Below are positions 27,028 through 32,000 of a stretch of 32,000 bases of DNA, in pieces; position 1 is the first letter of the stretch, and the number at the start of each line of letters is the position of its first letter. Below the pieces are notes generated by a model that saw only the letters and a program-made list of their open reading frames with translations, was not told the origin of the DNA and did not search any database. Source of the DNA: Pseudomonas aeruginosa. GTDB lineage: Bacteria; Pseudomonadota; Gammaproteobacteria; Pseudomonadales; Pseudomonadaceae. The position numbers were made by a program, and so were the translations under genes. The stretch spans positions 1,740,001-1,772,000 of the forward strand of contig NZ_LN831024.1 of the NCBI RefSeq assembly GCF_001457615.1, given 5' to 3'.

Positions 27028-27899
27028 GCGGCCTCCCGTGCTTGCGGCAGCAGTCCGCGCGCCTGCCAGCGGCGGACGTGCGGCAGGTCGTCGTCGAGCC
27101 AGTAGGCGTCGTCTTCGGTGACCACCAGCAGTTCTTCGAACTTGGCGCCCACCCCGCGTAGCCCCAGGTGCGGTTCCACCGCCCAGAGACCGGGCGTCGG
27201 CGGGTGCTCGGACCGCTTGCCGCTGGACCACAGCGGCGACCAGCCTTCGCGCTTGCCGGTGACCAGCGCGTTGCGCGTCAGGGTGTACAGGTTGCGCACG
27301 CCGAAGCGCGCCACCGAGGGACCGCGGCGGTTGCCGAGCTTTTCCACGCGATGGGCGAGCACTTCGAAGGGATAGGCCTTGTGCCGTGGCAGGGTGCCCT
27401 GGATCACGCAGAGCCGGTCGACCGCCTGGCTGACTTCGGCCAGGGGGCGCCGTTCGCGGACCAGGTCAAGGATGGTGCGTCGGTGTATCAGCAGGTCGTC
27501 CATCAGCCGCTCCTGCAACAGGTTGTGGCCTAGTGCGCCGGAGTAGCCGACATCGGCGGTATAGGCGCCGAGGGTCGGCGCGCAGTCGAGGATGAACGGC
27601 ATGCCTTCCTCCAGGCGCTGCTTGCCGGGGTAGAAGGCCAGGTTGAAGCCACCGAGATGACGCAGGCCGTCGAAGCCCTTGAACGAGGTGCGGCTGCCGA
27701 ACCAGGCGAAGGGCTGGTGGAACCAGTCGTCGACGCCATGATCCTGCAGCCAGGTCTTCATCAGCGCCGCGGCTTCCCTCTCGCTGATGCCGGCGCGCAG
27801 TTCGCCGTGGATGGTTTCGCAGCAGGTATAGGCCAGTCGCTGGACCTGGCGGAAGTGATCGAGATCGTCGGGAGTGGGTACCCAGGCGCCTTGGGACAT
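27024..27899 (-). CDS. M24 metallopeptidase-like (Xaa-Pro aminopeptidase family) protein
   Basis: 291 aa; MPFILDCAPTLGAYTADVGYSGALG, GLWAVEPHLGLRGVGAKFEELLVVTEDDAYWL. Confidence 0.82.
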   Translation of the reverse strand: MSQGAWVPTPDDLDHFRQVQRLAYTCCETIHGELRAGISEREAAALMKTWLQDHGVDDWFHQPFAWFGSRTSFKGFDGLRHLGGFNLAFYPGKQRLEEGMPFILDCAPTLGAYTADVGYSGALGHNLLQERLMDDLLIHRRTILDLVRERRPLAEVSQAVDRLCVIQGTLPRHKAYPFEVLAHRVEKLGNRRGPSVARFGVRNLYTLTRNALVTGKREGWSPLWSSGKRSEHPPTPGLWAVEPHLGLRGVGAKFEELLVVTEDDAYWLDDDLPHVRRWQARGLLPQAREAA

Positions 27900-27929
27900 G
27901 GCTCTCTCCAGGCTGGCTTGTCGTTATTG

Positions 27930-27947
27930 TGACATTGATTGATGTCA
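27930..27947. promoter_or_regulatory. Inverted repeat TGACAT-TGATTG-ATGTCA, candidate operator in a divergent promoter region
   Basis: Perfect 6-bp arms with a 6-bp spacer, between the M24-like operon start and the MerR gene. Confidence 0.5.
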
Positions 27948-28210
27948 TGGTTGATGCTGGCCCATAAGCAGGCGTTGCGCCAGCCCTGGGAAGTCTCTTC
28001 ACGCCGGTGTTACGGCACTTGCTACCGGCGCCGGAAGGCCCGGGGCAGAAGGCTCGGGACGTTTCCCCCGGGTTTTGGCGGTGGTGCCGGAGAAGCGGCT
28101 GACCGACGAGTCCAGTCTTTGGTTGGCGCCCGCGCCTCCGGACGCCGGCAAAGAGCGTTGCGCCCCCGGAGGTTGTGGCCGTTCGGCGGGCCTCGTTATG
28201 ATCCGCCTCC

Positions 28211-29023
28211 ATGAGCACACCCCTGACCCTTCTGCAGCGCCTGCTGCAACGTGGCGAGCAGCCGTCCGCCGAGGATGCCCGCGAATACAGCGTCGACGAA
28301 CTGGCTCGCGCGGCCGGCAGCAGCGTGCGCAACGTACGCGCCTACCAGGACCGCGGCCTGCTGCCGCCGCCGGAGCGGCGCGGCCGGATCGGCGTGTATT
28401 TCGACAGTCATCTCAAGCGCCTGCGGCTGATCAGCCAGTTGCTCGAGCGCGGCTATTCCAGCGCCAACATCAAGGAACTGCTGGAAGCCTGGGAACAGGG
28501 CCGCGACCTCGACCATGTGCTCGGCCTGGACCAGGCGATCATCGGCGAGTGGAACCTGGAGACGCCCGGCAGCATCGGCTTCGACGAACTCCAGGCGATC
28601 TTCGGCGACGAACTGAACGACCGGGTGATCGACAAGGCCCAGGCGCTGGGCCTGCTGCTGTTCGACGGCGAGCGCATGAAGATCCCCAGTCCACGGCTGT
28701 TCCAGGCCGGGCTGGAACTGTACCGCAGCGGCATCCCGCTGGAGGCGCTGCTCGATCAACTCGGCGAGTTGCGCAGCGACACCGAGCATCTGGCGGCGGG
28801 AATCGTCCGCCTGATCGTCACCCACCTGGTGGACGGCCGCGGCACCGACCTGCTGCCCGGGGCGCCGGACCTGCAGGAGCTGGCCAAGGTGTTCCTGCGC
28901 CTGCGCCCGCTGGCGGAACACGTGGTCCAGGTGGAACTGGCGCGCGGCCTCAAGCTGTCGGCCAACGAAATGCTCGGCGAGCGTGTCGGCGAGATGCTGC
29001 GCAAGCTGGAAAAGCCTTCCTGA
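28211..29023 (+). CDS. MerR-family transcriptional regulator
   Basis: 270 aa; YSVDELARAAGSSVRNVRAYQDRGLLPPPERRGRIGVYFDSHLKRLRLISQLLERGYSSANIKELLEAWEQG. Confidence 0.92.
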   Translation: MSTPLTLLQRLLQRGEQPSAEDAREYSVDELARAAGSSVRNVRAYQDRGLLPPPERRGRIGVYFDSHLKRLRLISQLLERGYSSANIKELLEAWEQGRDLDHVLGLDQAIIGEWNLETPGSIGFDELQAIFGDELNDRVIDKAQALGLLLFDGERMKIPSPRLFQAGLELYRSGIPLEALLDQLGELRSDTEHLAAGIVRLIVTHLVDGRGTDLLPGAPDLQELAKVFLRLRPLAEHVVQVELARGLKLSANEMLGERVGEMLRKLEKPS

Positions 29024-29030
29024 CTCTTCT

Positions 29031-29945
29031 TCAGATCTTCCGCGCCGCCGCCTGGATCTGTTCCCGCAGCCAGGCGCCGGCCGCTTCGCGCTCGGCGTCG
29101 CCGCGCCAGATCTGCACATAGTCGAAGCGCGGGATCGCCAGCGGCGGCTCGCAGAGCGCCAGTTCCTCGGGTAGCCGCAACCTTTCGAGGGTGCGTTCGG
29201 CGATGGTCAGTACCAGGTCGGTGCCGGCCAGCAGCGCCGGGGCCACGGTGAAGTGCGGCAGGGTCAGCGCCACCTGCCGGCGCAGGCCGCGTTTTTCCAG
29301 GGCGCTGTCGACTTCCTCGGCCGGGTTGTCCTGTAGCGAGACGCGCACGTGGCGGGCCGCCAGGTAGCGGTCGAGGGACAGGCCGTCGGGGCGGTCGAAC
29401 AGGCTGCGCCGACAGACGCAGACGAAACGCTCCTCGAACAGGCGCCTGGCGCGCACGCCCTCCGGAAGCAGGGGGAATACCCCCAGCGCGCAGTCCAGCT
29501 GTCCTTCGGCGACCTGACGGGCGGTTTCCAGGCGCGGTTCCTGGACTATCCCGAAGCTCACCCCGGGCGCCAGCGCCTGTTGCTGGCGCAGCAGCGCCGG
29601 CAGCACCACCCAGGCGCCGTAGTCGGACATGCCCAGGCGGAAGTGGCGTCGGCTGCGCACCGGTTCGAAGGTCGGCCCGCCGATCACCCCGCGTACCTGG
29701 TCGAGGCTGGCCTGGAGCTTCGGCGCCAGCTCCAGCGCCAGGCTGGTCAACTGCATGCGGCTTTTCACCCGCACCAGCAGTGGATCGCCGAACAGTTCGC
29801 GGAGACGCCCGAGGGCGTGGCTGACCGCCGGCTGCGACATGGCCAGGCGCTGCGCCGCGCGGGACACGTGGCGCTCGCTGAGGAGCGCGTCGAGCACCAC
29901 CAGCAGGTTGAGGTCGATACGGCGTAGGTCATGAATCTGCTGCAT
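29031..29945 (-). CDS. LysR-family transcriptional regulator
   Basis: 304 aa from ATG 29945: RRIDLNLLVVLDALLSERHVSRAAQRLAMSQPAVSHALGRLRELFGDPLLVR. Confidence 0.94.
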   Translation of the reverse strand: MQQIHDLRRIDLNLLVVLDALLSERHVSRAAQRLAMSQPAVSHALGRLRELFGDPLLVRVKSRMQLTSLALELAPKLQASLDQVRGVIGGPTFEPVRSRRHFRLGMSDYGAWVVLPALLRQQQALAPGVSFGIVQEPRLETARQVAEGQLDCALGVFPLLPEGVRARRLFEERFVCVCRRSLFDRPDGLSLDRYLAARHVRVSLQDNPAEEVDSALEKRGLRRQVALTLPHFTVAPALLAGTDLVLTIAERTLERLRLPEELALCEPPLAIPRFDYVQIWRGDAEREAAGAWLREQIQAAARKI

Positions 29946-30033
29946 GGAAGGTGTACCAACTATCGATTTCCATTCGCGAAGTGGATAGCAAAAACTCTGC
30001 TCCAGAGGCAAGGGCCGGAGGAGGAGAATCAGC

Positions 30034-30489
30034 ATGCCCAATTATCTGATGGTACTGATGGCAGTTTCGGTGGGCGGCATGGTGGTGCTGCAGGCCGGCA
30101 GCAACGCCTTGCTCGGGCGCCTGCTCGGCCATCCGCTGAGCGCCAGCCTGACTTCGCTGGGCGTCAGCCTCGGGGTGGTCAGCCTGGGCCTGCTGCTGGT
30201 GCGGGTGCCGCTGCCGGCTACCGCCAGCCTCGGCGGCGCGCCCTGGTGGAGCTGGCTCGGCGGGCTGTTCGGCGCGGCCTACCTGACGGTGGCGATCCTG
30301 GTCGCGCCGCGCCTGGGTGCCGCCACTTTCATCGCGTGCGTGGTGGCCGGGCAGATGCTGGTCTCGGCGCTCTGCGACCAGTTCGGCTGGGCCGGTTTCC
30401 CGGTGCGCCGTTTGTCCTGGGAGGGCTATCTCGGCCTGGCGCTGGTGGTGGCGGGGGTATTGCTCCTGCAATGGCGGGGAAGAGCGTGA
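30034..30489 (+). CDS. YdcZ/DUF606-type DMT-family transporter
   Basis: 151 aa; MPNYLMVLMAVSVGGMVVLQAGSNALLGRLLGHPLSASLTSLGVS with four or five TM segments. Confidence 0.85.
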   Translation: MPNYLMVLMAVSVGGMVVLQAGSNALLGRLLGHPLSASLTSLGVSLGVVSLGLLLVRVPLPATASLGGAPWWSWLGGLFGAAYLTVAILVAPRLGAATFIACVVAGQMLVSALCDQFGWAGFPVRRLSWEGYLGLALVVAGVLLLQWRGRA

Positions 30490-30719
30490 GGAGAGTGCCG
30501 GCGAAGGCTGTCAAGTGGAATCTGGCCTAGACCAAAATCTTGATCTCAAATTGTGATGAAGTTGGCATGAATAGTTGTTGCAAAGCGTGTTGAAACCAAA
30601 GCGTCTTTTTCCCTCACTAGCGTCGTCGGGGTTCGAACAGCTTGCTGCCGAGTGAGCCTGCGGGCGTCATGGATGCGCTCGGCAGCCCTGTGCCACACCC
30701 TGACCTGGTGAGTCCCCCG

Positions 30720-32000
30720 ATGATTTCGAAAAGCAGAAGAAGCTTCATCCGCCTGGCCGCCGGTACGGTCGGCGCCACCGTCGCCACCAGCATGCTGCCG
30801 TCGAGCATCCAGGCGGCCCTGGCGATTCCCGCGCACCGCCGGCATGGCAACCTCAAGGACGTCGAGCACGTGGTGATCCTGATGCAGGAGAACCGCTCCT
30901 TCGACCACTATTTCGGCACCCTCAAGGGCGTCCGCGGCTTCGGCGACCGCATGGCGATCCCGCTGCCCGATGGCCAGCGGGTCTGGCACCAGAAGGGCAG
31001 CAAGGGCGAGATCCTGCCCTACCACTTCGACACCAGCACCACCAGCGCCCAGCGCGTCGACGGCACCCCGCACACCTGGCCGGACGCCCAGCAGGCCTGG
31101 AACGAAGGGCGCATGGACAAGTGGTTGCCGGCCAAGACCGAGCGTTCCCTGGGCTACTACAAGGAGCAGGACATCGCCTTCCAGTTCGCGATGGCCAACG
31201 CCTTCACCATCTGCGACGCCTATCACTGCTCGTTCCAGGGCGGCACCAACCCCAACCGGCTGTTCCTCTGGACCGGCACCAACGACCCGCTCGGCCAGCA
31301 CGGTGGTCCGGTAACCACCAACGACCACGACAGCAACGGCCCGGTGGAGCAGGGCTACACCTGGACCACCTATCCCGAGCGCCTGCAGGCTGCCGGCATC
31401 ACCTGGCGGGTCTACCAGGACATGGCCGACAACTTCTCCGACAACCCGCTGATCGGCTTCCGCCAGTACCGCGCCGCGGCGCCTGACTCGCCGCTGATCG
31501 TCAACGGCCTGAGCACCTGGAAGCTCGATGCGCTGAAGCGCGACGTGCTGGCCAACAGCCTGCCGCAGGTGTCCTGGATCGTCGCCCCGGCCAAGTACTC
31601 CGAACACCCCGGCCCGTCCAGCCCGATCTGGGGGGCCGAGTACACTTCCTGGGTACTCGACGCGCTGACCGCCAACCCGGAGGTCTGGAGCAAGACCGCG
31701 CTGCTGGTGATGTTCGACGAGAACGACGGCTTCTTCGACCACGTCGCCCCGCCGGCCGCGCCGAGCCTGAACAAGGACGGCACGCTGCGCGGCAAGACCA
31801 CCGCCGACGCCACCCTCGAATGGCACACCAAGGGCGATATCCGTTATCGCAACCAGCCCTACGGCCTCGGCCCGCGGGTGCCGATGTACGTGATCTCGCC
31901 GTGGAGCAAGGGCGGCTGGGTCAACTCCCAGGTGTTCGACCACACCTCGGTGATCCGCTTCCTGGAGCAGCGCTTCGGGGTCATGGAGCCGAATATCAGT
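30720..32000 (+). CDS. plcN: Non-hemolytic phospholipase C, Tat-exported, 3'-truncated by the window edge
   Basis: Open from ATG 30720 to 32000 (427 codons, absent from the closed-ORF track). MISKSRRSFIRLAAGTVGATVA twin-arginine signal, HVVILMQENRSFDHYFGTLKGVRGFGDR, SFQGGTNPNRLFLWTGTNDP, MFDENDGFFDHVAPP. Confidence 0.95.
   Translation, partial: MISKSRRSFIRLAAGTVGATVATSMLPSSIQAALAIPAHRRHGNLKDVEHVVILMQENRSFDHYFGTLKGVRGFGDRMAIPLPDGQRVWHQKGSKGEILPYHFDTSTTSAQRVDGTPHTWPDAQQAWNEGRMDKWLPAKTERSLGYYKEQDIAFQFAMANAFTICDAYHCSFQGGTNPNRLFLWTGTNDPLGQHGGPVTTNDHDSNGPVEQGYTWTTYPERLQAAGITWRVYQDMADNFSDNPLIGFRQYRAAAPDSPLIVNGLSTWKLDALKRDVLANSLPQVSWIVAPAKYSEHPGPSSPIWGAEYTSWVLDALTANPEVWSKTALLVMFDENDGFFDHVAPPAAPSLNKDGTLRGKTTADATLEWHTKGDIRYRNQPYGLGPRVPMYVISPWSKGGWVNSQVFDHTSVIRFLEQRFGVMEPNIS

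Noticed and set aside
24637-27105. 822-aa plus-strand ORF opposite the putative hydrolase and hydrolase-SDR genes.
   Set aside because: Antisense artefact of GC bias; the minus strand carries clear alpha/beta-hydrolase and SDR motifs.
30508-30525. CTGTCAAGTGGAATCTGG considered as a PHO box for plcN.
   Set aside because: Only the first half resembles CTGTCAT; the second half at the required spacing has no match.
1-32000. Searched for CRISPR arrays, insertion sequences, integrases, tRNA/rRNA genes and toxin-antitoxin or phage-defence modules.
   Set aside because: No regularly spaced repeats, transposase or integrase motifs, or tRNA-like cloverleaf noticed by eye. The gene content looks like core or regional chromosome, not a mobile island. 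Computational scans would be needed to exclude these formally.

Overview
The window looks like Pseudomonas aeruginosa chromosome, high GC. From memory it matches PAO1 locus tags about PA3342 down to PA3319 in reverse orientation; no database check was possible. Contents in order: 5'-truncated DUF2804-like CDS; MarR regulator; FimV-like protein; PlpD-type patatin autotransporter; SelT/W/H-like small protein; ADP-heptose epimerase (hldD/rfaD); a tightly packed minus-strand secondary-metabolite operon (MFS exporter, SAM-dependent azetidine-cyclase-like protein AzeJ, ACP, FabH2-type KAS III, SnoaL-like protein, P450, SDR, stand-alone condensation-like protein, FAD monooxygenase, 2352-aa dimodular NRPS); divergent clpP2; a minus-strand catabolic-looking operon (M24 peptidase-like protein, EphD-like alpha/beta-hydrolase-SDR fusion, PF10118-like putative hydrolase) divergent from a MerR regulator; LysR regulator; YdcZ-type DMT transporter; and the 5' part of plcN. 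The main system is the NRPS cluster, which I recognise as the aze (azetidomonamide/azabicyclene) locus, so it is not new. Less obvious signals are three similarly spaced CT-N12-AG quorum-sensing-like boxes between azeB and clpP2, a 10-codon leader ORF overlapping clpP2 by ATGA, an SDR whose catalytic Lys reads as Gln, an EntF-like serine code in A1 with an unusual code in A2, and an uncharacterised hydrolase-SDR operon.
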